Shown here: positions 36,983 through 49,591 of the stretch, piece by piece
Position numbering within the stretch: position 1 is the stretch's first letter
How the letters are laid out: each line of letters starts with the position of its first letter
Assembly: GCA_963707025.1 (NCBI GenBank)
Contig: CAVPOM010000014.1
Location: 192,001 to 256,000, forward strand
Reading direction: 5' to 3'
Source: an uncultured Verrucomicrobiae bacterium
Lineage (GTDB): Bacteria > Verrucomicrobiota > Verrucomicrobiia > Limisphaerales > Palsa-1400
Length of the DNA stretch: 64,000 bases
The notes under the pieces: model-generated
The model's database searches: none
What the model saw: the letters and a program-made list of their open reading frames with translations, nothing else
Told to the model about the DNA's origin: nothing
Program-made: the position numbers and the translations under genes

Positions 36983-37907
36983 AAGCGCACCCCCGCCGCC
37001 TCGCCTGGCGGGGCGCGCACCCCGTGCGCGCCCCCGCGGGCCCCGGAGCGCCCGGCCGGCCTCTCCCGGCCCACCCAAAACCGGCCGCCCACCTAAAAAC
37101 CGCCCGTCCGCCATCCGCCATCCGCAACTGGCCCCGTCCAAGCCGGGCGGAGGCGGCTCGGCCATTCCCACCATCCTCGTCGCCCCCGCCACTGAACGGC
37201 AAGGCGCCGAGTTTGCCGATTGGTCGCTCAGTTTGTCCAATCGTTACACCGACGCCCTCATGGCCGCCGGCGCTTTGCCGGTCATTTTGCCTGCCGCCGC
37301 TCCCCGCGAAGTCATCGCCCAGGCGGTGGGCCGTTGCGACGGCGTTCTCCTGACCGGTGGAGACGACATTGATCCCAAGTGGTATGCGCCCGCCTTGCCG
37401 GCGGCCCTGGCCAAAACCACCGGCGCGCACGACGCGGCGAGAGACCTTTGGGAAAAGCTGTTGATCGAGCAAGTTTTCCAGCAGGGCAAGCCCCTGTTCG
37501 GGATCTGCCGCGGCCAGCAGATGTTGAACGTCGCCCTGGGCGGCTCCCTCCTGGTGGATATCCCCAGCCAGGTCCCCAACGCCCTTAATCACAATCAAAT
37601 GGCGCGAAAGACCGAACCGGTGCATAGTATAAGGGTTGTCGCGGGCAGTTTGCTCGCCAATATCGCGGGCGGGACGACCTTGGAGGTCAACAGCACCCAC
37701 CACCAGGCGGTCGGCCGCGTGGCCGGGCCGTTGCGGGCGGTGGCGCACAGCGCGGACGGGGTGATCGAAGCGCTGGAGTTGCAAGACCCCGGCCGGTTGC
37801 CGTTCTTGTTGACCGTCCAATTTCACCCGGAGCGTATGCTTGACGGGAGCGCATCGTTTCTGCGATTATTCAGCAGTTTTGTTCGCGCCAGCGCACGGCG
37901 GAATTAA
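36966..37907 (+). CDS. Peptidase C26 / gamma-glutamyl-gamma-aminobutyrate hydrolase family (PuuD-like)
   Basis: LLTGGDD, GICRG.Q, VNSTHHQAV, VQFHPE; Pro/Arg-rich N-terminal extension. Confidence 0.9.
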   Translation: MKPRNKSAPPPPRLAGRAPRARPRGPRSARPASPGPPKTGRPPKNRPSAIRHPQLAPSKPGGGGSAIPTILVAPATERQGAEFADWSLSLSNRYTDALMAAGALPVILPAAAPREVIAQAVGRCDGVLLTGGDDIDPKWYAPALPAALAKTTGAHDAARDLWEKLLIEQVFQQGKPLFGICRGQQMLNVALGGSLLVDIPSQVPNALNHNQMARKTEPVHSIRVVAGSLLANIAGGTTLEVNSTHHQAVGRVAGPLRAVAHSADGVIEALELQDPGRLPFLLTVQFHPERMLDGSASFLRLFSSFVRASARRN

Positions 37908-37915
37908 AAAGATTT

Positions 37916-39253
37916 ATGAAATCGAAAGTCATGGTGGTGGACGATACCGAAGGCATCCGGGATCTGTTGAAGGCCATTCTCGAAAGGGAAGGCTATGAAG
38001 CAATCCTCAAAGTCAGCGCCGCGGAATTGACGGGCGCCTTCGCCCAAACGCAACCGGATATCATCTTGCTGGACCTGGTCCTGCCCGACGGCGACGGCCT
38101 GGAACTGCTGCCGCAAATCAAAAAACAATGGCCCGACACCGAAGTCATTGTGCTCACCGGCCACGCCACCTTTGACGCGGCCGTGGAAGCGACCAAGCGC
38201 GGCGCTTACCATTTCCAAAACAAACCCTTCGATGCCAAAACGCTCCTCCTTTCAGTGGAGCGCGCCCTGGAACACAAGCGCCTCAACGAGGAGGCCAGTT
38301 CCCTGCGCAAAGCCCTGGCCACCATGAGCGGCGGCACCGCGCCCATCTTCCAAAGCCTGGCCATGAAGGCCATCGTCCGCACCATCGAAAAAGTCGCCCC
38401 CAGCGACCTTTCCATCCTCATCACCGGCGAAAGCGGCACGGGCAAGGAAGTCATCGCCGACCTCATCCACAATTTAAGCCCCCGCTGCAAGGGGCCCCTC
38501 ATCAAGATCAATTGCGCCGCCCTGCCCCGGGAATTGATCGAAAGCGAATTGTTCGGCTCCGTCAAAGGCGCCTTCACCGGGGCCAACATGGACCGCGAAG
38601 GTTTGTTCAAGCAGGCCGAAGGCGGCACCCTCCTCCTGGACGAAATTTCCGAAATGCCCATTGACACCCAAAGCAAGCTCTTGCGCGTTCTGCAGGAAAA
38701 AGAAGTCCGCCCCGTCGGCGGCCGCTCCAGTTACAAAAGCGATTGCCGCATCATCGCCTCCACCAACCGCCAGGTCGAGGAAGCCGTCAAATCCGGCAAG
38801 TTGCGCGACGACCTGCGCTACCGCATCTGCGCCACCTCCGTCCATCTTCCCCCGTTGCGCGAGCACCGGGAGGACATCATGCCCCTGGCCAACGCCTTCC
38901 TCAAGCGCTACGGCTCCCAGGCCGGGCGCGAGATCACCGGCTTTACCCCGGCGGCCACCGAGGCCTTGCGCGCCTTCGACTGGCCAGGCAACGTCCGCCA
39001 GTTGCAAAATGAAATCCAGCGCGCCGTTCTCATGTGCGAAGGCAGCACGGTGGACGCCCGCGACCTCTCCATCACCACCATGATGAATCAAAAGGACAAC
39101 CCCGACCTCACCTTGATGGAAGCCATGGAACGCAACGCCATCATCCAGATGCTCAAGGAAACCGGCGGCAACAAACTCGAAACCGCCAAGCGCCTCGGCA
39201 TCGGCCGCCAGACCCTCTACAACAAAATCAAAATCTACGGCATCGAGCCGTAG
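37916..39253 (+). CDS. NtrC-family sigma54-dependent response regulator
   Basis: Receiver VVDD...LLD...KPF; GESGTGKE, GAFTGA, WPGNVRQL, Fis-type HTH. Confidence 0.95.
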   Translation: MKSKVMVVDDTEGIRDLLKAILEREGYEAILKVSAAELTGAFAQTQPDIILLDLVLPDGDGLELLPQIKKQWPDTEVIVLTGHATFDAAVEATKRGAYHFQNKPFDAKTLLLSVERALEHKRLNEEASSLRKALATMSGGTAPIFQSLAMKAIVRTIEKVAPSDLSILITGESGTGKEVIADLIHNLSPRCKGPLIKINCAALPRELIESELFGSVKGAFTGANMDREGLFKQAEGGTLLLDEISEMPIDTQSKLLRVLQEKEVRPVGGRSSYKSDCRIIASTNRQVEEAVKSGKLRDDLRYRICATSVHLPPLREHREDIMPLANAFLKRYGSQAGREITGFTPAATEALRAFDWPGNVRQLQNEIQRAVLMCEGSTVDARDLSITTMMNQKDNPDLTLMEAMERNAIIQMLKETGGNKLETAKRLGIGRQTLYNKIKIYGIEP

Positions 39254-39305
39254 CGGCTGGCCCGCATCCGTCCTCTGGGCCCCACAGGTCCCATCCCATC
39301 AATCT

Positions 39306-41708
39306 TCACCGGCTTTGCAGCGTCAGCCGCGCCTCGGGCAACCCCGGCGCCGTCACCGTCACATATATCGCTCCGCTCTGCTGCGGCAGGCTTTGCACCA
39401 CGGCCAGCCCCCGCCCCCGGTTCAATTGCCGCGACGGGCTGCGCAACGGCGTCGCATCATTCTGATTGCCGTTGTCCACCGCCAGCAACCGGCCCGCGCC
39501 GCTCACCTGCACCAGGCACAGGGCGTCGCCGTGCGGCGCCAGCACCCCCTTGGCGTCCACCAGCCGCAACTCGATGTTCGCCGCGTCTTCCCCATCGGCC
39601 TTGAGCCTCGCATGATCGGGCGCCAGCTCAATCCGCGCCGCCTGGCCCGCCGTGGCCAGGCGATACTCAACCTTCGTTCCATCGCGCCATCCGACGGCTT
39701 GCAACTCGCCCGGTTGGAACGCCACGTTCCATCGCAAAATCCGGTCCGGCGCCTCCGCCGGCTTCTTCACCCCCAGCGATTTTCCGTTCAGCAACAGTTC
39801 CACCGTCTTGCAATTGGAATATACTTCCACCGGCAGGTTCGTCCGCGGGTCTTCCGCCCAATTCCAATGGCTTTCCGCCTCGCCAAACCGTCCGCGCCCG
39901 AACCCGCCCCCGCGCGCAACGGGGCGAACCCCGGCGAACACCATCGGCTTCTCCGACCAAAGCGATTCGCGGAACCAGGCGCGCGGCTTGAGGAAGCCGC
40001 AGGTGTCAAGCAAACCGCTGCCCGAGCCATGATTGGGCCAGGCGTTGGCTTCGCCCAGAAAATCAATGCCCACCCACAGAAATTGTCCGGTCACGCGCGC
40101 ATTGCTGGCGATCAGGTCCACAAAACTCGTTTCCATGCCGTCCTCGCTCCCCACAAATTTGCGGTTCGGATATTTCACCAGATCGCCCTCCAGTTGGTCC
40201 AACTGGTAATTGTAACCCACTACGTCCAGTTCATCGGCCAGGCCAATCGCATTGGAAGTGCGCAGCGCCGCCAATCCCGCCGTGATGGGCCGCGTGCGGT
40301 CGCCCCGCCGCACCGCCGCGATCAGCCTGGCTCCGTCCCCGGTCAGGACCCCGGCTGTCCGGTCGTTGAACGGATCGTTCGGATAATCCACCTCATTGCC
40401 AATGCTCCACAGCACGACCGAAGGATGGTTGCGGTCCCGCAATACCATGTCCAGCATGTCCGCGTCCCCCCATTGCGCGAAGAACTCCGAATAACTGCCG
40501 TGCAGCGATGGCCGGCCGGCATTGCGCCCGACCACCCATTTGTGTTTGGAGCCGCTCCATTCATCAAACGCCTCGTCCATGACAAGCAATCCCAGCCGGT
40601 CGCACATCTCCAGCAACTCCGGCGCGGGCGCGTTATGGCTGGTGCGGATGGCATTGCAGCCCATCCCTTTGAGAATGCGCAAGCGCCGTTCCAGCGCCGC
40701 CTCCGGCACCGCCGCCCCCAGCGCGCCCCCGTCGTGGTGCAGGCACACCCCCTTGAATTTGGTAGGCAGGCCGTTGAGCAGAAATCCCCGTTGCGCGTCA
40801 AACTCAATGTCGCGGATGCCAAAAGTCGTGTTGACTGCATCCAGGGTCCGTCCTCCCGCGCGCACCGTCGTCACCGCCGTGTAAAGCGCCGGGGAATCCG
40901 GCGACCACAGTTTGGGCGAAATCACCGGCACCCTCTGCAAAACCACGATTCTTTCTCCGGCGGCCAGCGCCGTTGTGCCGCTCGTTTCACCCGCGCGCCG
41001 GCCCCGGCCATCCAGCAATTCGGTCCGCAGCTCGATCTCGCCCGACTCCCCCTCGTTTTCCAGGGTCGTTCGGATTTGCACGTCCGCCAGGCCCTCCGTC
41101 GCCCCCGGCGTCTCCACAAAGACCCCGTCCCGGCTGACATGCGCCTTCTCCGTGGCCACCAGCCAGACGTGCCGGTAAATTCCCGAACCGACATAAAAAC
41201 GCGAGTCGTCCATCGCGGCATGATCCACCCGTACGGCCAGGACATTCGTGCCGCCCAATTTCAAATGCGGCGTCAGATCGCAGGCAAAGGTCGTATAAGC
41301 CCAAGGCCGTCCTCCCACCGGCTCTCCGTTGAGCCAGACCTGGCTTTTTTCCGAGACCCCGTCGAATTGCACGCTGACCATTTTCTCCCCCCACCCCACC
41401 GGCGCGAAAAAGCTCTTCCGGTACCAGGCGATCCCTCCCGGCAGATACCCGGTGCAACTGAAATTGTTGGTCGAAAAATCGCCCTCCACGCTGAAGTCAT
41501 GCGGCACGTTCAACACGCGCCAGCCTGCGTCGGCAAAATCGGCGCGGCTGGCCTCCGCCACCTCCCCCAAATGAAACCGCCAGTCCATATCCAAGGACTG
41601 CCGCACCCGCGGCGGGGACGCCGCGTGCGAAAAAATCGTCATGTGCCACAACCCCGCCGCCACGAGCCACATCTTCACCATTCCCCAATGCCATCGCCAG
41701 GAATTCAT
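39306..41708 (-). CDS. Glycoside hydrolase family 2 (beta-galactosidase-like), secreted
   Basis: GSGIYRHV, GVCLHHD.GALG, CNAIRTSHN, DEAFDEW, RDRNHPSVVLWSIGNE. Confidence 0.93.
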   Translation of the reverse strand: MNSWRWHWGMVKMWLVAAGLWHMTIFSHAASPPRVRQSLDMDWRFHLGEVAEASRADFADAGWRVLNVPHDFSVEGDFSTNNFSCTGYLPGGIAWYRKSFFAPVGWGEKMVSVQFDGVSEKSQVWLNGEPVGGRPWAYTTFACDLTPHLKLGGTNVLAVRVDHAAMDDSRFYVGSGIYRHVWLVATEKAHVSRDGVFVETPGATEGLADVQIRTTLENEGESGEIELRTELLDGRGRRAGETSGTTALAAGERIVVLQRVPVISPKLWSPDSPALYTAVTTVRAGGRTLDAVNTTFGIRDIEFDAQRGFLLNGLPTKFKGVCLHHDGGALGAAVPEAALERRLRILKGMGCNAIRTSHNAPAPELLEMCDRLGLLVMDEAFDEWSGSKHKWVVGRNAGRPSLHGSYSEFFAQWGDADMLDMVLRDRNHPSVVLWSIGNEVDYPNDPFNDRTAGVLTGDGARLIAAVRRGDRTRPITAGLAALRTSNAIGLADELDVVGYNYQLDQLEGDLVKYPNRKFVGSEDGMETSFVDLIASNARVTGQFLWVGIDFLGEANAWPNHGSGSGLLDTCGFLKPRAWFRESLWSEKPMVFAGVRPVARGGGFGRGRFGEAESHWNWAEDPRTNLPVEVYSNCKTVELLLNGKSLGVKKPAEAPDRILRWNVAFQPGELQAVGWRDGTKVEYRLATAGQAARIELAPDHARLKADGEDAANIELRLVDAKGVLAPHGDALCLVQVSGAGRLLAVDNGNQNDATPLRSPSRQLNRGRGLAVVQSLPQQSGAIYVTVTAPGLPEARLTLQSR

Positions 41709-41769
41709 CGGCCCACTTTATGCCACACGGCCCTCCCCAGGCAAGGCAATGTGACAGACCACACCGCAG

Positions 41770-41880
41770 TACGACAAAGCCCTTGTGGTCAGCGGCAACG
41801 CGGACGAATTCCATCCGCCGGGCGCTGCATCCGGCCAGAAGCGAGACGACCGCGAAAATTATGAGACAGCGATGCTTCAT
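41770..41880 (-). pseudogene. 5' remnant of a lipoprotein gene (possibly GH5/cellulase-like)
   Basis: MKHRCLIIFAVVSLLAGC lipobox, then MEFVRVAADHKGFV, after which the frame loses protein-like character. Confidence 0.4.
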
Positions 41881-42101
41881 TGGCCCTGCAACAAGCTAAT
41901 CTTGGGTCAATCCACTTCAAGCCCATTGTCCTTGCCGCAATGAGGGACCACTCCAGCCATCGCGGCACGGCGGCCAGGAAAACTGAACACTTTTACTAAA
42001 AGCCAGTATTATTCAATCCGATTTAGCTGAGTGGCCCCAAAAATGCTCATTGATGACGACTGAGACCGCAATGAGCGTGCAACTGTCATACTATTAACAT
42101 T

Positions 42102-42689
42102 ATGTGGCAATTCCTTACTGCTAACGTGATACCTTTTGTCACCGCGCTGCCGATCCTCATCGCCCTGTTGATTCAAGTCGTTTACAGGCGCTCGATTTTA
42201 CATCAAGAAAGTTTGTTGCTGGCCAACGAGGCCAGGCCGACTGTGGCCGGTCCGGATTGGGAGCATGATACCCGCATTGCCGAGGCCCGCCGGGCCTTGC
42301 AACGCCAGGAGGCCATCGTCGCTTGGAATGACCGCACGGTCAATTGTCTCAACGTTGGGCAGTATGTCATCGGAGGCGCTCTGGCCACCACTATCGTGCA
42401 GCCCTTTCTGTCACCGGGCATTGTGGGGTTCCTGGGCGTCCTGGTGGTGATTTCCGCGGTGATTCACCAGCGCTTCCGTCCCAACGTCAAGGCGCGCAAC
42501 GCTTCGGAGAGGACGGTCAATCTGCACCTTTTGCTTCGCAGGGCCGAGGACATGGTTTATGAGATGAAGCGCCAGAATTCCGTCGAGGGCATTCAACTGG
42601 TCAGGCAGATGATTTCTGACGGCCTCAACGACATCGAAAAGTCGGAGTTTGGTGAATCGAACAATCAAAATGGCGGCAGCGAAAAGTAA
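42102..42689 (+). CDS. Membrane protein, SLATT/DUF4231-like 2TM domain with an extra N-terminal TM
   Basis: TM1; helix; TM pair (VGQYVIGGALA / IVGFLGVLVVISAVI) followed by RFRP and a charged C-terminal helix. Confidence 0.6.
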   Translation: MWQFLTANVIPFVTALPILIALLIQVVYRRSILHQESLLLANEARPTVAGPDWEHDTRIAEARRALQRQEAIVAWNDRTVNCLNVGQYVIGGALATTIVQPFLSPGIVGFLGVLVVISAVIHQRFRPNVKARNASERTVNLHLLLRRAEDMVYEMKRQNSVEGIQLVRQMISDGLNDIEKSEFGESNNQNGGSEK

Positions 42690-42920
42690 GAATTGCGCTC
42701 TCCCGGCCGGCGCCCCGCTCGCGGCTGGGGAAGGTGACTGGTCGGGTGGTTTCGGGTTCGAGCGGGTTCACTTTCTGCCGGTGTGAGGCTCTGCCAGGCA
42801 ACCCCTCCGCAGCCCGTTGCGATTCAACCTTCCAGCCCCGCCCCGTTAAAAGGCTCCCCATCCTCGCACAGAAGAGTGAGAAAGAAGACAAGAAGAGGTA
42901 TTGCTGGAACCATTTCCCCA

Positions 42921-42949
42921 TTGACAACACCTCGGTTAAATGCTAATTT
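42921..42949 (+). promoter_or_regulatory. Near-consensus sigma70 promoter
   Basis: TTGACA-17 nt-TAATTT with TG extended -10 element. Confidence 0.6.
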
Positions 42950-42974
42950 TGTATAGTGAAGAGGGCGGTTTCTA

Positions 42975-43057
42975 TGGAGTGCGGGAGCTGGCTCCCGCTT
43001 TTGGATCGGGAACGATTCCCGGAGAGCAAAGCGATGCCGACCCGTCGGCACACTCCA
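42975..43057. repeat. Multibranched palindromic REP/MITE-like element (TGGAGTG...CACTCCA)
   Basis: Outer stem TGGAGTG/CACTCCA; inner hairpins GCGGGAGC-TG-GCTCCCGC, GGGAA-CGA-TTCCC, TGCCGAC-CC-GTCGGCA. Confidence 0.75.
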
Positions 43058-43738
43058 AAGCGTCCGAGGTTCCATGTCCAATCCCGGCCCTGCCGGGACC
43101 ACGCAGGCTTCAACACTCAAAATCCTGTGCCTCCCGTTCATCCTGTCCCCAAAGCAACCGTGCTGCCCCAATTTGTCGCACCCATTAAAACTCCATCCCT
43201 CTCACCCTGCTTCCCATTTTGCATTTCCTGTCCTCCGTCGGCCCTGCGGAGGAGGATGCATTTGCCTCCCCACCCGGTCAAACCGGTCAAACCGGTCACA
43301 CCCAGTCAAACCATGTTTTCAACCTTGACCATGCCCACCACTCCGTTGTCACGCAATAGCGAAGCGACCGCGGATGAGCCTTTTTGCGAAAAATCGTCTC
43401 AAGTGCCTTTCCATGAACAATTTACACACTAAACCTGGCCATTTCCAATTAAGGCCAATCAAGCCTAATCAAGGTGTTTTTATGCTCACAGCACCCAAAC
43501 AATGGAGACTTGTGCGGCTTTCTTGTCCCAACTCGTCCGCCACAACCTCGGCCACGCGGGAGCTTCAACGACGGCGGCCTCTTTGCAGAAAACCAAGTCA
43601 AGTGCCTGGACATGAACAATTTACGCTCCAAAATGGGTTCTCCAAACCGAGCCTCCAATTGGGCTGATCGAGGCTTGCCTCTAATTCGCGTTGCCAACAT
43701 TTGAATGAATTTCCGCAATTTTTGACCACGTTTGGCGA

Positions 43739-43786
43739 TTGACTCAGAGCCTTGCTTTGTTAAATTGCGTCACAAATTTAAAAGGA
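43739..43786 (+). promoter_or_regulatory. ppdK promoter and RBS
   Basis: TTGACT-16 nt-TAAATT with TG extension; AAAGGA 8 nt before the ATG. Confidence 0.55.
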
Positions 43787-43794
43787 AACTACTT

Positions 43795-46542
<2,748 letters not shown>

Positions 46543-46551
46543 TTCATCCGG

Positions 46552-49344
46552 CTACCCAACGGTGCAGGCCTGGCCGGCCTGGAGCGAAACCGCTTGCGCA
46601 AATTCCAGCGTGGCCAGCGCCCCTTGGCGCGCGGCCCGGGTTTCCACCGCGCGTCCGGCGACGTGAACGGCCAGTCTGGTTCCGGGCAGGTTCACCTGGA
46701 GTTTCTTGAAGGTCAGGCTGCCGGACTGGCACTCCAGGCTCAGGGTTCCGCCCTTGCGGCTGATCCGGCCAAAACCCGAAGCGGTCACCCAGGGCGCGTG
46801 GAAGTCGCCGGGCACGGACGGAATGATTGTCAACAATTGCGCCGGCCAATCCGGCTTGAAACCCGTCGCGGCCAGCAGCGTGGTCCAACTGCTCATGGCC
46901 CGCGTGTAGTGTCCCCCGCATTCCACATGGTTCCAGGGCATCCCCGCCCGAAGGTAGCGGCGATGGACCGCTTCCACCAGACGGGCCCCTTCGGCATAAC
47001 GTCCGTGGTCCATCAAAAACGAGGCGAAGGCAAACTCGATTCCGGACCACACGCCTCCCGCCTGGTGGTTGTTCATGGCCGGTCCATCCTTCCCGCCTTT
47101 GGGCGCGGTGGCATTGTGCAGGCCGACTTCCGGGCTGTAGTTGTATTTCCAAATGCTGTCCACGGCCCGGTTCAGATTCTTCTCCGAGATGGTGATGGGC
47201 AGGCCCATCAAATGGCTGAACCACTCGCCGCTGATTTGGTCGCTCATGCAGATTTCATCGCGCAGGTCCCCGTCCACCCACAGGCTGTAATATTCGCCGT
47301 TGAAGAGAAGCCGGTCGAAGCTGGCGCATGATTTGTCAAGAAGAGCTTGAAAGCGTTGGGCCTCATCCGGCTGCTCCAGGTCGCGGGCCATGCGGATGGC
47401 GGCGCGCAAGCTTCCAATCCAGAGGGAGGCGACGTAAGAGGGAGCGCCGCGCAATCCCCACTGGTCGTAGGTCTGCAATCCGGTGTTTTTGTCGGGGAGG
47501 CCGTCTCCATCCGTGTCCAGTGAGCCGGTGTATGCCATGGCCTTGACCACGCCCGGCCACATGGTTTTGAGATAATCCATGTTCCCGGTCCAAAGATAAT
47601 CGCGGCAGACCATCATGACCCACTGCGGGTTCATATCCACCCGGGCAAAGCCCCGGTCCACCCCCGTGAAGCGGTTGTTGTAATTATGCGGCACCTGGCC
47701 CTCTTCATTTTGAAAGGTGCCGATATGCTTCATCTGATCGAGTTTCAACTCGGGAAACATCGCGACCACCGACGAACTGCCGTCGAAATCCACGTCCGTC
47801 GTGCTCTGGCCGCAGCAGCCCAATCCCTCCCAGATGGAATAATGGCCCTCCTTGCTCCACCAAGTATTCTTGACCAGCGTTCCCAACTGGCTGGACCAGA
47901 CGAAGGACAGCGGCTGGCCCAGGGACGTGTCGGCCAGGGCGCGCGCAAATTTCTCGGTCTCCTGGCGATGCGCCGCGTAGTTGGACGAAAGGAAGGCATT
48001 GACTTCGGCGGCGTCCTTGAACCAATTGGCGTACATGTGGCCGATCTCCCGGCCGCCAGGGGCGTGGAAGGGAAAGAACCAACCGAGGGTGAATCGCACC
48101 TCCACTCGTTGTCCCGGCGCCAGCGTGACGGTCGAAGCCAGCGCGCCCGTGCCCCAAGTGGAGCCAAGGCGGTCGGTCCCGGCCAGATTGCCGGAGAGGT
48201 TGCGGGCGATTTCCTTGAGCAACATCTTGTTCTGCTCGTCGGTGTCCGCTCCGGTGGGATCGGCCGCGCGGGCCTCGACAATGACCTGACGGAGCAACGC
48301 GTCGCCGGAAAGCTCCTGCATCCAGGTTTTGACCTGTGCGCTGGCGAGAGCGTCAATTTCAGCGGAGGTGAGTTTGAAGGCCTGGGCGGGATCGCTCGCC
48401 GCTTCTGTGTTGGGCAGCCGGCCGGTCTTGAAAAAATCCTTGAGCAAATCCAGCAACATGGATTGGACGCGGCGCGAATTCCAGTCGCACATTCCTGGCA
48501 GGGCGAATTGCCGGAAAGTGCCGCTGATCCAGGAATGGTCTCCGCCCGCGACGCTCAGGCACAGGCTGCCGAGGTCTGCTCTCTGTTCCTCCTGCGCTTC
48601 CGTATGCATGACAAGACTGGAAGAAGCACCCTCATGGCGCAAAGTGTTTTTAAGCTGGCGGTTGCCCAGCGTCGAAACCACCGGATTGTCCAGCACCGAA
48701 AGCAAGGAAGCCTGCACCGTTTCCCTGGAGGTGTTTTCCAGGGTGAAGACGACATGAAAGCCGGGCGTGGCCGAGTCGCGGGCTTTGCCCGGCATGAAAG
48801 GAGAAAAGGCGGTGGCGCTGACGCGCACCGGCAACGAGCCGTCGCGGTAGTGCAGCGTGGTCATGGGATACCAGGCCTCGTAATCAATGGCCTCAACGTC
48901 CTGCACATAGCCCATGGAATAGAGATCGTTCTCATTGGACCTCAGGTAAAGACGCCGCAATTGCTGCCCGCCGCCGTCCGGTTTGCCGGCCCACAACAGA
49001 AAACGAAGATTCGGCGGCACGCCCGCGCCAGCTCCCGCTCCACCCCCTCTGCGGCCTCCTCCCCCCCACTGGCCGGAATTAAGGATTTGCCACTCGTAAA
49101 AGCATCCATCGGGCCGGAGTTCGACGAAGCCGGTGCCGATGCCGCCGAGCGGCGCGCCTGAGCCCATCCCCATGCTCGAAGGTATCGCGACCGCGCCTCC
49201 CGCAACACCCGGCCCATTGCGGACGAGGTCCTCGACTTTAAATGGCGGCGACGTCGCTGCCGCTTCGGACGGCGATGACTTCAAGGCCAGGGTGGCGGAG
49301 GCGGCGGTGGCCGCTCCCAAAAATTTACGGCGGGACATTGACAT
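46552..49344 (-). CDS. GH116 beta-glucosidase / non-lysosomal glucosylceramidase-like, Tat-exported
   Basis: SRRKFL Tat motif; GAPLGGIGTG, WEG, TTDV, QTYDQW, FNGEYY, DQ, PWNHVECGGHYTRAMSSW. Confidence 0.88.
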   Translation of the reverse strand: MSMSRRKFLGAATAASATLALKSSPSEAAATSPPFKVEDLVRNGPGVAGGAVAIPSSMGMGSGAPLGGIGTGFVELRPDGCFYEWQILNSGQWGGGGRRGGGAGAGAGVPPNLRFLLWAGKPDGGGQQLRRLYLRSNENDLYSMGYVQDVEAIDYEAWYPMTTLHYRDGSLPVRVSATAFSPFMPGKARDSATPGFHVVFTLENTSRETVQASLLSVLDNPVVSTLGNRQLKNTLRHEGASSSLVMHTEAQEEQRADLGSLCLSVAGGDHSWISGTFRQFALPGMCDWNSRRVQSMLLDLLKDFFKTGRLPNTEAASDPAQAFKLTSAEIDALASAQVKTWMQELSGDALLRQVIVEARAADPTGADTDEQNKMLLKEIARNLSGNLAGTDRLGSTWGTGALASTVTLAPGQRVEVRFTLGWFFPFHAPGGREIGHMYANWFKDAAEVNAFLSSNYAAHRQETEKFARALADTSLGQPLSFVWSSQLGTLVKNTWWSKEGHYSIWEGLGCCGQSTTDVDFDGSSSVVAMFPELKLDQMKHIGTFQNEEGQVPHNYNNRFTGVDRGFARVDMNPQWVMMVCRDYLWTGNMDYLKTMWPGVVKAMAYTGSLDTDGDGLPDKNTGLQTYDQWGLRGAPSYVASLWIGSLRAAIRMARDLEQPDEAQRFQALLDKSCASFDRLLFNGEYYSLWVDGDLRDEICMSDQISGEWFSHLMGLPITISEKNLNRAVDSIWKYNYSPEVGLHNATAPKGGKDGPAMNNHQAGGVWSGIEFAFASFLMDHGRYAEGARLVEAVHRRYLRAGMPWNHVECGGHYTRAMSSWTTLLAATGFKPDWPAQLLTIIPSVPGDFHAPWVTASGFGRISRKGGTLSLECQSGSLTFKKLQVNLPGTRLAVHVAGRAVETRAARQGALATLEFAQAVSLQAGQACTVG

Positions 49345-49376
49345 AATTGATTCCTTTGTTCGGCAACGCTTCGTTA

Positions 49377-49453
49377 TTAATCCTAATCTTTATCCTAATC
49401 TTAATCTCATTCCTGCCACGGGTCATCAGAAGAGGATTACCATTGAGATTAGG
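49377..49453. repeat. Hexamer tandem tract with an inverted partner
   Basis: ttaatcctaatctttatcctaatcttaatctc ... aggattaccattgagattagg. Confidence 0.65.
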
Positions 49454-49591
49454 TGAAGGCGCCGCAATCCGCCATCCAAAAATGTGATGCCCCTGCCCGC
49501 AATAAACCGATCAAGAGATTTCAAATAAGCCTTGCACCCTGGCGGCGGATTTGTCACGCTTCAGACTCGAGACAAAGAATTGGAGCCCGAT

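Noticed and set aside
42625..42930. 101-aa minus-strand ORF or a known ncRNA (e.g. 6S) at 42690-42900
   Set aside because: No recognisable protein motif, and I could not build a convincing conserved RNA structure by eye; an Rfam search would be needed
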